A stretch of DNA of 30,314 nucleotides from Candidatus Peribacteraceae bacterium (GCA_028717505.1 JAQUNQ010000001.1:1-30314), one strand, 5' to 3'. Counted from the first letter of the stretch, positions 18,373 to 27,254 are shown. Numbers and translations are program-made. The notes: generated by a model not told the origin, from the sequence alone.

Positions 18373-18437
18373 AGAAAAAAAGTGTACGTCTGGATCAGTC
18401 TAGCAGCGCTTCGTAGCCTGACAAACGGAAAATCACC

Positions 18438-20474
18438 TTACACAGCGAGCGCCTTCTCCGCCGCCCTGCGTGCCCGGACGATGAATTCCGGACTCCAGAA
18501 AGAGCCGATGAGCCTGTCGAAGGCCACGCCACTCTGGCGTGTGCCGAAGAGCTCCCCCGGCCCCCGGATCTTCAGGTCAATTTCCGCGAGCAGGAAACCG
18601 CTGTCATGCTCCTCCATCGCCTTTAGGCGCACCGAGCGCGCCTGCTCGGGCGTGGTGGTGAAGAGGAAACAATGGCTCTGGTGCTCGCCCCGCCCCACCC
18701 GCCCGCGGAACTGATGGAGCTGCGCGAGCCCGAAGCGCTCCGCCCCCTCGATGAGCATGACGGTCGCATTCGGGACATCGATGCCCACTTCGATGACGGA
18801 CGTGGAAATGAGCAAATCGAAGGCACGCTCCTTGAAGAGGCGCATGACTTCCGTCTTCTCCTGCGCCGCCATCTTCCCGTGGAGAATGGCGATCCGCCGG
18901 TGCAGAAAGCTCTCCTTCAGGCGCTTCTCCTCCGCTTTCACGCTCTTCACATCGAGCATCTCCTCATTCCCGGATTCCTCGATGAGCGGGCAGATGACGA
19001 AGACCTGTCGCCCTTGTCCGATCTCATGATCGATGAAGCGTTCCACGACGACGCGCTCCCCGGGGGCGACGACCTTCGTGTGGATCTTCTGGCGGTGCCC
19101 GGGCTTCTCGAGGAGGACGGAGAGATCATGATGCCCGAAGGCCGTGAGTGCGAGCGTGCGGGGGATGGGCGTGGCGGTCATCGCGAGGAAGTGCGGACTC
19201 CCCTTCTCCTGCAGGCGCTGGCGCTGCTCCACGCCGAAGCGATGCTGCTCATCCACGACGACGAACTTAAGATCGCGGAAAGACACGCTGTCCTGAATGA
19301 GCGCGTGCGTGCCCACGAGGAGATCGATGAACCCCTCGCTGAGATTCCGCTTGATTTTCAGCGCCTCCTGCGGAGGGATGGAGCCCGTGAGGAGCGCTAC
19401 GACGGGCGGCAGGCGGCGGGCAGGAACCGATTTCCCCACTGCGCGTTCCTGTTCGAGGAACGTGTGGAACTTGAGGAGCAGCCTCCCCATCGTCTCGACG
19501 TGCTGCCGTGCGAGCACCTCCGTCGGCACCATGAGTGCACACTGGCCCCCGTGGTAGAGCACGTGCGCGATCACGGCCGTCGCTACGAGCGTCTTGCCGG
19601 AACCGACGTCCCCCTCGAGGAGGCGCGACATCGGCTCGGGCTTCTCCATGTCCCGCAGGATCTCGTAGATAGCGATCTTCTGGCTTCCCGTCGGGGTGAA
19701 GCGGAGTGACTGGAAGAAGAGCTTCATGAACGCGGCATCCATGGGAATCTTCAGCCGCTCCTGCCGCGCCCCCTGCCAGTCACGCTTGCGTTCGAGTGCG
19801 GCCATCTGGATCCGGTACATCTCCTCGAAGGCGATGCGCTGCATGGCGCGCTCCACCTCTTCCGGCTTCTCGGGGAAGTGCAGCGCCCGGATGGCATCCT
19901 TCCGCGAGAGGAGCCCCTCCTCGCGGATTACGGGCTCCGGGAGTGACTCGGAGAGCTGCTCGATGGCCTCTTTCACGAGGACCATCTTCTCGCGGAGCCA
20001 CTTGGTGGAGATGATATCGTGCTGCGGGTAGATGGGCACGAGCCGGCCCGCATGGACGAGGGGGCGCATCCCGGCCTGCTCGAACTGGGGACTCTGCATC
20101 TTGAGCTTATAGCCCTCCTCAATCAGCTTCCCCGTGAGCACCACCTCCCCGCCCTCGCGGAGCATGCGCTTCACGTGCGGCTGATTGAACCAGACGATCT
20201 CCGCCGTCGCGCCATCCGTGTCGATGAAGCGCGCAGTGACGAGGGACTTCCCCCGTCGTGTCCGGATGAGCTTGATATTCTCCACGGTTCCGCGAAGCGT
20301 CACCTTCGCATCGAGCGCCGCGGTCGCAAGCGTCTGGATCTGGCTCAGGTCCTCGTGGCTCCGTGGGAGGTAGAGAAGGAGATCCTCCACCGTCTTCAGG
20401 CCCATCCCTTCGAGGGCCTGCCAGTGCTGCGGCGTCGTGCGCAGAACATCCTTGAGGGGCGCGGAAAGTTGCAC
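18438..20474 (-). CDS. recG: ATP-dependent DNA helicase RecG (678 aa)
   Basis: DLLLYLPR, RLLEGDVGSGKT, VGTHALIQ, VVDEQHRFGVEQR, MTATPIPRTL, LHQFRGRVGRG, DLKIRGPGE. GTG 6 nt after TATACT. Confidence 0.97.
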   Translation of the reverse strand: MQLSAPLKDVLRTTPQHWQALEGMGLKTVEDLLLYLPRSHEDLSQIQTLATAALDAKVTLRGTVENIKLIRTRRGKSLVTARFIDTDGATAEIVWFNQPHVKRMLREGGEVVLTGKLIEEGYKLKMQSPQFEQAGMRPLVHAGRLVPIYPQHDIISTKWLREKMVLVKEAIEQLSESLPEPVIREEGLLSRKDAIRALHFPEKPEEVERAMQRIAFEEMYRIQMAALERKRDWQGARQERLKIPMDAAFMKLFFQSLRFTPTGSQKIAIYEILRDMEKPEPMSRLLEGDVGSGKTLVATAVIAHVLYHGGQCALMVPTEVLARQHVETMGRLLLKFHTFLEQERAVGKSVPARRLPPVVALLTGSIPPQEALKIKRNLSEGFIDLLVGTHALIQDSVSFRDLKFVVVDEQHRFGVEQRQRLQEKGSPHFLAMTATPIPRTLALTAFGHHDLSVLLEKPGHRQKIHTKVVAPGERVVVERFIDHEIGQGRQVFVICPLIEESGNEEMLDVKSVKAEEKRLKESFLHRRIAILHGKMAAQEKTEVMRLFKERAFDLLISTSVIEVGIDVPNATVMLIEGAERFGLAQLHQFRGRVGRGEHQSHCFLFTTTPEQARSVRLKAMEEHDSGFLLAEIDLKIRGPGELFGTRQSGVAFDRLIGSFWSPEFIVRARRAAEKALAV

Positions 20475-20577
20475 GAAGGCAGTATACCGTCAGGCCTACC
20501 AAGCCAGCACCTCTGTCCCTTGTCAGCCCCGATTCGTTGCCGCAGCCCCCTTGAGATGGGAAAATTGCCTTATGCGT

Positions 20578-21051
20578 ATGAAAACTCTCCCCCTTGCCCT
20601 CAGTGCCGCTCTTCTGGCCCTCTCCTTCACTGCACCCGCATTGGCCGCCGATAGTGACTCCTCCGGGACGGGCTCCACCCTTCCGGTCACTTCCCCGGTG
20701 GACGAGGATCTCCAGCGTTTTGAAGATGAGTGCCGCTCACGCTTCAATTTCGGTCAGGGGGATCTGCAGGGACAGGGAGCCCTCCTCTTCAAGATCCGGG
20801 AGTGCGTCAATCAGCTGCAGCAGGAGAAGCGGACGGCCGAGAAGCGGGAGAAGGAACGCGAGCGTCTCCGACTCAGAGAGGAACGGGAGGCAGTGAGGCG
20901 CGCGAACATCTCCGCGCGGATGCGCCATGGCTTCGAGGCGTCTGCAGAGCGAAATGCCCTGAGGCTCCGTGGACAGGGACGAAGTACAACCCAGAGCCGC
21001 GACCCCAAGGTCTACCTGAAGATACGCAGGAGTCTGCGTTCCACGCAGTAA
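20578..21051 (+). CDS. Secreted hypothetical protein, coiled-coil and Arg-rich (157 aa)
   Basis: Signal peptide MKTLPLALSAALLALSFTAPALA; two Cys; charged helical C-half. Confidence 0.7.
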   Translation: MKTLPLALSAALLALSFTAPALAADSDSSGTGSTLPVTSPVDEDLQRFEDECRSRFNFGQGDLQGQGALLFKIRECVNQLQQEKRTAEKREKERERLRLREEREAVRRANISARMRHGFEASAERNALRLRGQGRSTTQSRDPKVYLKIRRSLRSTQ

Positions 21052-21090
21052 AGCATGTTTATCTTCGGAAGAAGGCGGTATGATGGAAAC

Positions 21091-21747
21091 ATGGAAGAAC
21101 TCCTCGATGTGTATGATCTGCAGGATCGCCTGATTGGCGTGGAGGAGCGCTCAAAGTTCTACCGCGAGATCGAGGCGGAGTTCAAAGCAAAGAGGAAGAT
21201 CACGAAGAAGGTGAAGACCATCCGCGTCCTCCTCATGAATTCGCAGGGACGCGTCTACGTCCAAAAGCGCAGCCTCATCAAGATGCACAACGCGGGCCTC
21301 TACGACAAGACGATCGGCGGACACATTCTCCATGGTCATACCGTGCACGTCACGCTCGTGAAGGAATGCGCGGAGGAGCTCGGCATCCCCGCGGTCATGC
21401 TTCCGGATGACGAGTTCGCCCGCGCCGTCACCTCGACGAACCTCGGCATCATCGGCATCTTCAAGAAGACGGAACTCGTCACGCATTACCCCTCCGTCCG
21501 GAAGACGAAGGAGGAGGATATCCTGCAACCGTTCATCAATACCTTCATCATTGGCTACTACGACGGAGCCATCCGGTTCTGTGACGGAGAGTCCTCCGGC
21601 ATCGAGGTCTTCGGTCTCCCGGAGCTGCGGGACGCCATTCTCAAAAATCCCGAGCGCTACACGGACGACCTGCGTCACTTCATCGAGAAATATCAGCAGC
21701 ACATTATTCCCGTCAAAAAGATCAAGATTCCTCCTGCGGAGGTGTGA
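21091..21747 (+). CDS. Nudix hydrolase, IDI type-1-like (218 aa)
   Basis: ELLDVYD...IG; YVQKRSLIK...GLYDKTIGGH; variant Nudix box GHILHGHTVHVTLVKECAEELGI. ATG 6 nt after TATGAT. Confidence 0.8.
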   Translation: MEELLDVYDLQDRLIGVEERSKFYREIEAEFKAKRKITKKVKTIRVLLMNSQGRVYVQKRSLIKMHNAGLYDKTIGGHILHGHTVHVTLVKECAEELGIPAVMLPDDEFARAVTSTNLGIIGIFKKTELVTHYPSVRKTKEEDILQPFINTFIIGYYDGAIRFCDGESSGIEVFGLPELRDAILKNPERYTDDLRHFIEKYQQHIIPVKKIKIPPAEV

Positions 21748-21766
21748 TGTTTCGAACAAACATCTC

Positions 21767-21811
21767 GGCGTAGTCCGCAGACGAAGCCGGATGGTCGGGG
21801 CGGCGCGACTC
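21767..21811 (-). repeat. Duplicated 3' end of tRNA-Pro plus family-2 repeat
   Basis: TGGTCGGGGCGGCGCGACTC at 21792-21811 equals 21927-21946; followed on the minus strand by TCCGGCTTCG-tctgcgga-CTACG-CCG. Confidence 0.85.
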
Positions 21812-21929
21812 CCATTCGACTCGTCCCGCACGTGCGGGACTCGCTCAGGGTAAACTTCTCGTCGCGCTTTCGTTCTCACGACAGTGTGGCTTGCCATGAG
21901 TGAACGAACGGAGTGAGTGAATCGAATGG
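21812..21929. mobile_element. Non-autonomous REPIN/MITE-like mini-element at the tRNA-Pro 3' end
   Basis: Terminal inverted repeats CCATTCGACTC (21812-21822) / GAATCGAATGG (21919-21929), 10/11 match; two inverted family-1 units; flanked by a 20-bp direct repeat of the tRNA end. Confidence 0.65.
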
Positions 21930-22003
21930 TCGGGGCGGCGCGACTCGAACGCGCGACCTCCTGCTCCCAAAGCAGGCACTCTAGCCAACTGAGCTACGCC
22001 CCG
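21927..22003 (-). tRNA. tRNA-Pro (UGG)
   Basis: CGGGGCG-TA-GCTC-AGTTGGCTA-GAGT-G-CCTGC-TTTGGGA-GCAGG-AGGTC-GCGCG-TTCGAGT-CGCGC-CGCCCCG-A-CCA. Confidence 0.95.
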
Positions 22004-22098
22004 GTCATGCGTAGGATACAGCAAAACTTCTGTTGTGTGGCTAGAGCGCATTTTGTTTCGCATTGCTCGCCCCGGTTGCTCGTAGGAGACAGCAAAAC
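21997..22098. repeat. 31-bp direct repeat of the tRNA-Pro 5' end and promoter
   Basis: 21997-22027 vs 22068-22098, 26/31 identical, 71-bp offset. Confidence 0.7.
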
Positions 22099-22114
22099 GA
22101 AGGTCCCGAGGGTA

Positions 22115-22501
22115 CTAGAGATTTCCCTGCGGTGCGCGGTCGTCCCCGCTGCCGAAGCGCCGCTCGTAATCTGCCTTCTCGAACTCCGTGCCGGTCTTGA
22201 GCTTCTCCTTCTCCTGCCGCGCGATCTGGTCTTCCCTGTCCCACTGCATCTTCTTCTGGCACCAGTTGCCGAACCGCTGTGCGGTGAAGACGAGCTTCCC
22301 CTTGCTCAGGCACCAGTCGATGCAGCGGTCCACCTCTGTGGTCATCCCCGAAATGCGCCCGAAATAGCGATGCACCGTCAGGTAGAAGTGCTTCGGTTCG
22401 GACTTCTGGCATTTGAGGCCCACGAGCGCACAGGCATCCTTGGCATGCGCTGAGAGCTTCTCAGCGAGACTGATCTCCGCGCTTGTCAGTTCAATGGGCA
22501 T
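22115..22501 (-). CDS. Hypothetical protein (128 aa)
   Basis: C-terminal part of the 22115..23311 frame, starting MPIELT; protein-like and fills the gap between tRNA-Pro and the divergent gene. Confidence 0.7.
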   Translation of the reverse strand: MPIELTSAEISLAEKLSAHAKDACALVGLKCQKSEPKHFYLTVHRYFGRISGMTTEVDRCIDWCLSKGKLVFTAQRFGNWCQKKMQWDREDQIARQEKEKLKTGTEFEKADYERRFGSGDDRAPQGNL

Positions 22502-22672
22502 AAGGTGGTTCAATAGTAGGCAAAGCACTTCTGCCGAACAAGCACTGAGAAACGCACCCTTCCTGCAAATTTCCGCTGGCATTCTGCTATCGCGCACCGA
22601 ATCCTCCGAAAAATACAAGTGCGAACCGCTTCCGCACTCACTAGAATCGGCACGACTTTCCCCTCTTTCTCC

Positions 22673-23872
22673 ATGCGACGCCCTCTCCCCCTTATCCTCG
22701 GTGCGACTCTCCTCTCGCTCCTGGCTCTGCCGGCTCTCGCCGCCACGCTGCAGGGTGAGGAGAATCTCACGATTACCAGCCCCATCCGTGATAATGCCTA
22801 TCTCGCCGGGTCGAATGTGACAATTGATGAGCCGGTGAGCGGGGACCTCCTCGTCGCCGGCGGCGAAGTGACCGTGAACGCGGGAGTGAAGCAGGACATT
22901 CTCGCGGGAGCCGGCAACCTCTACATCGAAAATGACGTAGGAGGCGACCTGCGCATCGCAGGCGGCCAGGTGCGTGTCCATTCCACTGTGCACGGCGACC
23001 TCGTCGTGGTGGGAGGGACCATCGATATCCGCGAAGGAACCGTGGTGGAGGGGGATCTGCTCGTCGCCGGCGGGGATATTCGCATCGCAGGAACGGTGAA
23101 CGGCACGACGTATGCGCGTGGCGGCAACGTTCTCTTTTCCGGCATCACCAAAGGAAAGACGGATCTCCGCGCTGGCGAAGTAACCGTGAACGGTTCCGTG
23201 GATGGCCCGGCGGTCCTCGCAGGAAAGAAAATTGCCCTCGGCCCGCAGGCCAAGCTGATGAGCGGCGTGCGCTACTGGCTCCCCAAGGCACAACCTCTCT
23301 CGGGGAAACAAATTCAGGGCGAGATCATGTATGACCCCTCCCTCACGAATGCCAATCTGGAATCGGTATCAGAAGCGGGGAAGACGGGCTTCGTGGCTGC
23401 CGTCGCCGGCATCAGCATCATTGTGGTCCTCTCGGCCGCCCTCACGATTCTCCTGCTCCTCCTCCTCTCCAAGACCTTCTTCCCCGATGCCGCTCGCTCC
23501 CTCCTCCGGCATCCGTGGTCCAACCTCCTCTACGGATTCCTGTACTTCGCCGCGACGCCCGTCGCAGCACTCCTCTTCCTGATTTCCATCATCGGTGCCC
23601 CCATCGGTCTCCTCATCATCATGACCTATGCGTTCACCATCGTCTTCGCCAAGCCGCTGACGGCTGTCCTGCTCGCACAGGCCATCGCGCTCTACTACAA
23701 GAAGTCGTGGGGCAAGCCCGTTCTCTTCTGTATCGCTCTGGCTCTCTACCTCGTCCTCAAGATCGTGAGCTTCGTCCCGCTCGTCGGATGGCTGCTCTGC
23801 GCGGCCGCCGTGCTCTTCGCCTTCGGCGCCCTCATCACCACGAAGTGGGCGAGATTTGCGAAAATCCGCTGA
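22673..23872 (+). CDS. Secreted beta-helix (bactofilin/polymer-forming-like) repeat protein with C-terminal multi-pass membrane domain (399 aa)
   Basis: Signal peptide MRRPLPLILGATLLSLLALPALA; repeated (V/I)xGD(L/I)xxAGG units; several C-terminal TM helices. Confidence 0.8.
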   Translation: MRRPLPLILGATLLSLLALPALAATLQGEENLTITSPIRDNAYLAGSNVTIDEPVSGDLLVAGGEVTVNAGVKQDILAGAGNLYIENDVGGDLRIAGGQVRVHSTVHGDLVVVGGTIDIREGTVVEGDLLVAGGDIRIAGTVNGTTYARGGNVLFSGITKGKTDLRAGEVTVNGSVDGPAVLAGKKIALGPQAKLMSGVRYWLPKAQPLSGKQIQGEIMYDPSLTNANLESVSEAGKTGFVAAVAGISIIVVLSAALTILLLLLLSKTFFPDAARSLLRHPWSNLLYGFLYFAATPVAALLFLISIIGAPIGLLIIMTYAFTIVFAKPLTAVLLAQAIALYYKKSWGKPVLFCIALALYLVLKIVSFVPLVGWLLCAAAVLFAFGALITTKWARFAKIR

Positions 23873-23899
23873 ACGCCCTCCCGTCATCTTGTTTCTTCA

Positions 23900-23938
23900 G
23901 CCATAGGCCCTGAGCACGACGTGCTGAGGGCTTATGGC
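23900..23938. repeat. Long imperfect hairpin upstream of clpB
   Basis: GCCATAGGCCCT-G-AGCAC-gac-GTGCT-G-AGGGCTTATGGC; no U-tail. Confidence 0.55.
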
Positions 23939-23978
23939 TTCAAGCTTACCGCTCATTTTTGCTATACTGCATGGTGCT

Positions 23979-26582
23979 ATGGACTTTAACCGCTACACCA
24001 CCAAGGCCGCCGAAGCCATCCAGGGCACCATGGAGCTCGCGCACGAGCTCAGCCATCAGGCGCTTACGCCGCTCCACCTGCTCCTCGTGCTCGCGAAGCA
24101 GAAGGAGGGGCTCATCCCTTCCCTCCTCCAGAAGCTGGAAGTGGAGCCGGAGGCGCTCGCGGACGCCCTGAAAGCGGAACTGCGAAAGCTCCCGACAGTT
24201 GCGGGCGGCGGACAGGCCTACCTCACGCCGGAGCTGAAGAAAGCACTCGACAGCGCGGAAACCGAGGCGGGGAAACTGCAGGACGAGTACATCGCGACGG
24301 AGCACCTCCTCCTCGCGCTCGTCGAGCAACCGGAGGTGAAGAAGCTCCTCCCCGTCGCCAAACCGGACCTCCTCAAGGCCCTGAAGGCCCTCCGCGGCAA
24401 CCAGCGCGTGACCGATCAGGACCCGGAAGGCAAGTACCAGGCTCTCGAGAAGTACACGCAGGATTTCACGGCGCTGGCGCGGAGCGGGAAGATCGACCCT
24501 GTCATCGGCCGGAACGAGGAAATCCGCCGCATTCTCCAGATCCTCTGCCGCAGGACGAAGAATAACCCCGTGCTCGTGGGGGAGGCCGGGACGGGCAAGA
24601 CCGCGATCGTGGAGGGACTCGCGAAGAAGATCGTGGACGGCGACGTGCCGGACACCATCAAGGGCAAGCGCATCCTCGCGCTCGACCTCGGGGCGCTGAT
24701 CGCGGGGACGAAGTACCGCGGGGAATTCGAGGACCGCCTGAAGGCCGTCATCAAGGAAATCGAGGGCTCCGAGGGGAATGTCATCCTCTTCATTGACGAG
24801 CTCCACACCATCGTCGGTGCGGGCGCGGCGGAGGGTGCCGTGGACGCGGGGAACCTCCTCAAGCCGGCGCTCGCGCGCGGGAAGCTCCGCACCATCGGGG
24901 CCACGACCCTCAAGGAATACCGCAAGTACGTGGAGAAGGACGCGGCCCTCGAGCGGCGCTTCCAGCCGGTCATGGTGGAGCCGCCCTCCCTCAAGGACGC
25001 CATCTCCATCCTCCGCGGCATCAAGGAGAAGTACGAGGTCCACCACGGCGTGCGCATCCAAGACAACGCCGTCGTGGCGGCCGTCACACTCGCCGACCGC
25101 TATATCGCGGACCGCTTCCTGCCCGACAAGGCGATCGATGTGATGGATGAAGCAGCCTCCGTCCTCCGGATCGAGCTCGACAGCAAGCCGACGGAGCTCG
25201 ACCGCCTCGACCGCCAGATCCTGCAGCTCACCGTGGAGCGCGAGGCGCTGAAGAAGGAGAAGGACGACGCTTCCCGGAAGCGCCTGAAGGAGATCGAGAA
25301 GGAGCTCTCGGAGCTCAAAGAGGAGCAAAAGGCCCTCACCGCGCGCTGGGAGAACGAGAAGAAGGTGATCGACGTCATCAAGGAGTCCGGGAAGCAGATC
25401 GATGGGCTCCGCGAGGAGAGCGCGCAAGCCGAGCGGCGCGGCGAGCTCCAGAAGGTGGCGGAGATCCGCTACGGGAGAATCCCGGAGCTCGAGAAGAGGA
25501 TCGCGAAGGCCAAGGCCGATCTCGCGAAGATCCAGAAGGAGAACCCCATCCTCAAGGAGGAGGTGACCGCCGAGGACATCGCGCGCGTGGTGTCCCGCTG
25601 GACGGGGATTCCCGTGGCGAAGATGCTCACGGAGGAGACGGTGAAACTCGCACAGATGGAGAAGCGCATCGCCGAGCGCGTCGTGGGGCAGGAGCAGGCC
25701 ATCAAGGCGGTCAGTAACGCCATCCGCAGGAGCCGCGCCGGCATTCAGGAGGAGAATCGCCCCATCGGCTCCTTCATCTTCCTCGGACCGACGGGAGTCG
25801 GAAAAACAGAGCTCGCGAAGGCCCTCGCGCAGGAGCTCTTCAATGACGAGAACCAGATCACGCGCATCGACATGTCGGAGTACCAGGAGAAGCATTCGGT
25901 CGCCCGCCTCGTGGGCTCCCCTCCGGGCTACGTGGGCTACGAGGAGGGCGGGCAGCTCACGGAAGCCGTGCGGCGCCACCCCTACACCATCGTGCTCCTC
26001 GATGAGATCGAGAAGGCACATCCCGAAGTCTTCAATATCCTCCTGCAGGTCCTCGATGACGGCCGGCTCACGGACTCCAAGGGCCGCACAGTGAACTTCA
26101 AGAATGCCGTGATCATCATGACCTCGAACCTTGGGAGCGATTACCTGGCCAAGTTCGCGGAGGAGGGCGGCGACCGCAAGGAGAACGGAGAGATCCTGAA
26201 GGCCGTCTTCTCGCCGGAGGGCGCCATCCAGAAGATCCTGAGGGAATTCTTCCGGCCGGAATTCCTGAACCGCGTGGACGACATCATCGTCTTCCATGCA
26301 CTCACCCGTGAGCAGATGAAGGAGATCACGAAACTGCAGATCGCGCGCGTCTCCGCCCGACTGCAGGCGAAGGGCATCGCGCTCGACGTGAAGCCGAAAG
26401 CCCTCGAGCACCTCGCCTCTTCGGGCTACGACCCCGTGTACGGCGCGCGGCCCCTCAAGCGCCTCATCCAGAACACCATTCTCGATGAGCTCTCCCTCCA
26501 GATCGTCGAGGGAAAGGTCCGGGACAGCGACACGGTCACTGTGGACGAGAAGGGCGGAAAAATCTCCGTGCTGAAGAAGTAA
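23979..26582 (+). CDS. clpB: ATP-dependent chaperone ClpB (867 aa)
   Basis: N-domain, Walker A GEAGTGKT and [14 protein letters not shown], coiled-coil M-domain, [32 protein letters not shown]. Confidence 0.97.
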   Translation: MDFNRYTTKAAEAIQGTMELAHELSHQALTPLHLLLVLAKQKEGLIPSLLQKLEVEPEALADALKAELRKLPTVAGGGQAYLTPELKKALDSAETEAGKLQDEYIATEHLLLALVEQPEVKKLLPVAKPDLLKALKALRGNQRVTDQDPEGKYQALEKYTQDFTALARSGKIDPVIGRNEEIRRILQILCRRTKNNPVLVGEAGTGKTAIVEGLAKKIVDGDVPDTIKGKRILALDLGALIAGTKYRGEFEDRLKAVIKEIEGSEGNVILFIDELHTIVGAGAAEGAVDAGNLLKPALARGKLRTIGATTLKEYRKYVEKDAALERRFQPVMVEPPSLKDAISILRGIKEKYEVHHGVRIQDNAVVAAVTLADRYIADRFLPDKAIDVMDEAASVLRIELDSKPTELDRLDRQILQLTVEREALKKEKDDASRKRLKEIEKELSELKEEQKALTARWENEKKVIDVIKESGKQIDGLREESAQAERRGELQKVAEIRYGRIPELEKRIAKAKADLAKIQKENPILKEEVTAEDIARVVSRWTGIPVAKMLTEETVKLAQMEKRIAERVVGQEQAIKAVSNAIRRSRAGIQEENRPIGSFIFLGPTGVGKTELAKALAQELFNDENQITRIDMSEYQEKHSVARLVGSPPGYVGYEEGGQLTEAVRRHPYTIVLLDEIEKAHPEVFNILLQVLDDGRLTDSKGRTVNFKNAVIIMTSNLGSDYLAKFAEEGGDRKENGEILKAVFSPEGAIQKILREFFRPEFLNRVDDIIVFHALTREQMKEITKLQIARVSARLQAKGIALDVKPKALEHLASSGYDPVYGARPLKRLIQNTILDELSLQIVEGKVRDSDTVTVDEKGGKISVLKK

Positions 26583-26596
26583 TTTCCTCCGCAAAT

Positions 26597-27247
26597 GTGT
26601 TATCACTCCATACGCAAGACTTTCGGGCCATCATCTGTGATTTGGATGGAACATTGTCGGATACGGAAACGCTTTTTGGCGATGTATTAATCACCACCTG
26701 CAAAAATTACTACAATATTGCCGTTTCAAAGGAAGAAGTGCTGCAAAACATGGGGCTGAGCACGGAAGATTTCTTTTTGAAAGTATTTGCGTCACATAAC
26801 CTTCAGTATTCCGCTGACGAGGCAAGGAAGAGACAAGCACACGAATATCACCGGCGTCTCCGTGCAGAAGCACGTTTTATGCCAGGAGCAAACGACTTCA
26901 TCTTAATGCTCAAAAAAACCCGTTTACCTCTGGGCTTGGTAAGCGGTTCCTCACGCAAAGAAATCGGGATAATTTTGAAGAAGTTGGAGATTACTGATCT
27001 CTTCACAACTGTCGTGAGTTGCAAGGAATTGCAACGAAGAAAACCCGACCCGGAGGGATATCTCCTTGCAGCCAAACTCCTGAATGCACCCCCTCAAAAC
27101 TGTCTCGTATTTGAAGACACACGTTGGGGTGTACAAGCCGCAAAGAATGCAGGCATGTTTTGTGTCGGCGTTCAACATATAAAAGATCAAGACCTCTCAT
27201 CTGCAGATGTGAGACTCAATAATTTGTTGGAATTTGTTTTTGAGTGA
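26597..27247 (+). CDS. HAD-family phosphatase (beta-PGM/CbbY-like; 216 aa), AT-rich
   Basis: ICDLDGTLSDTE (motif I), RRKPDPEGY, LVFEDTRWGVQAAKNAGM. Confidence 0.88.
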   Translation: MLSLHTQDFRAIICDLDGTLSDTETLFGDVLITTCKNYYNIAVSKEEVLQNMGLSTEDFFLKVFASHNLQYSADEARKRQAHEYHRRLRAEARFMPGANDFILMLKKTRLPLGLVSGSSRKEIGIILKKLEITDLFTTVVSCKELQRRKPDPEGYLLAAKLLNAPPQNCLVFEDTRWGVQAAKNAGMFCVGVQHIKDQDLSSADVRLNNLLEFVFE

Positions 27248-27254
27248 TGCGCCG

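Noticed and set aside
21791-21946. Prophage or integrative island at tRNA-Pro
   Set aside because: An att-like duplication is present, but only 115 non-coding bp lie between the copies and no integrase or phage gene is nearby. Kept as a mini-element instead.
23911-23927. TGAGCAC-gac-GTGCTGA upstream of clpB as a possible CIRCE
   Set aside because: Spacer is 3 nt rather than 9 and the arms deviate from TTAGCACTC; better explained as part of a longer hairpin.
23946-26606. 886-aa antisense ORF spanning clpB; similar long antisense or alternate-frame ORFs over dnaK (6563-7471, 4975-6483), obg (8230-9024), the ATPase (11783-13357), recG (18672-19709) and purQ (27873-29708)
   Set aside because: Shadow ORFs expected from strong GC3 codon bias (few antisense stops). 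No motifs or start signals, and they fully overlap well-supported genes.
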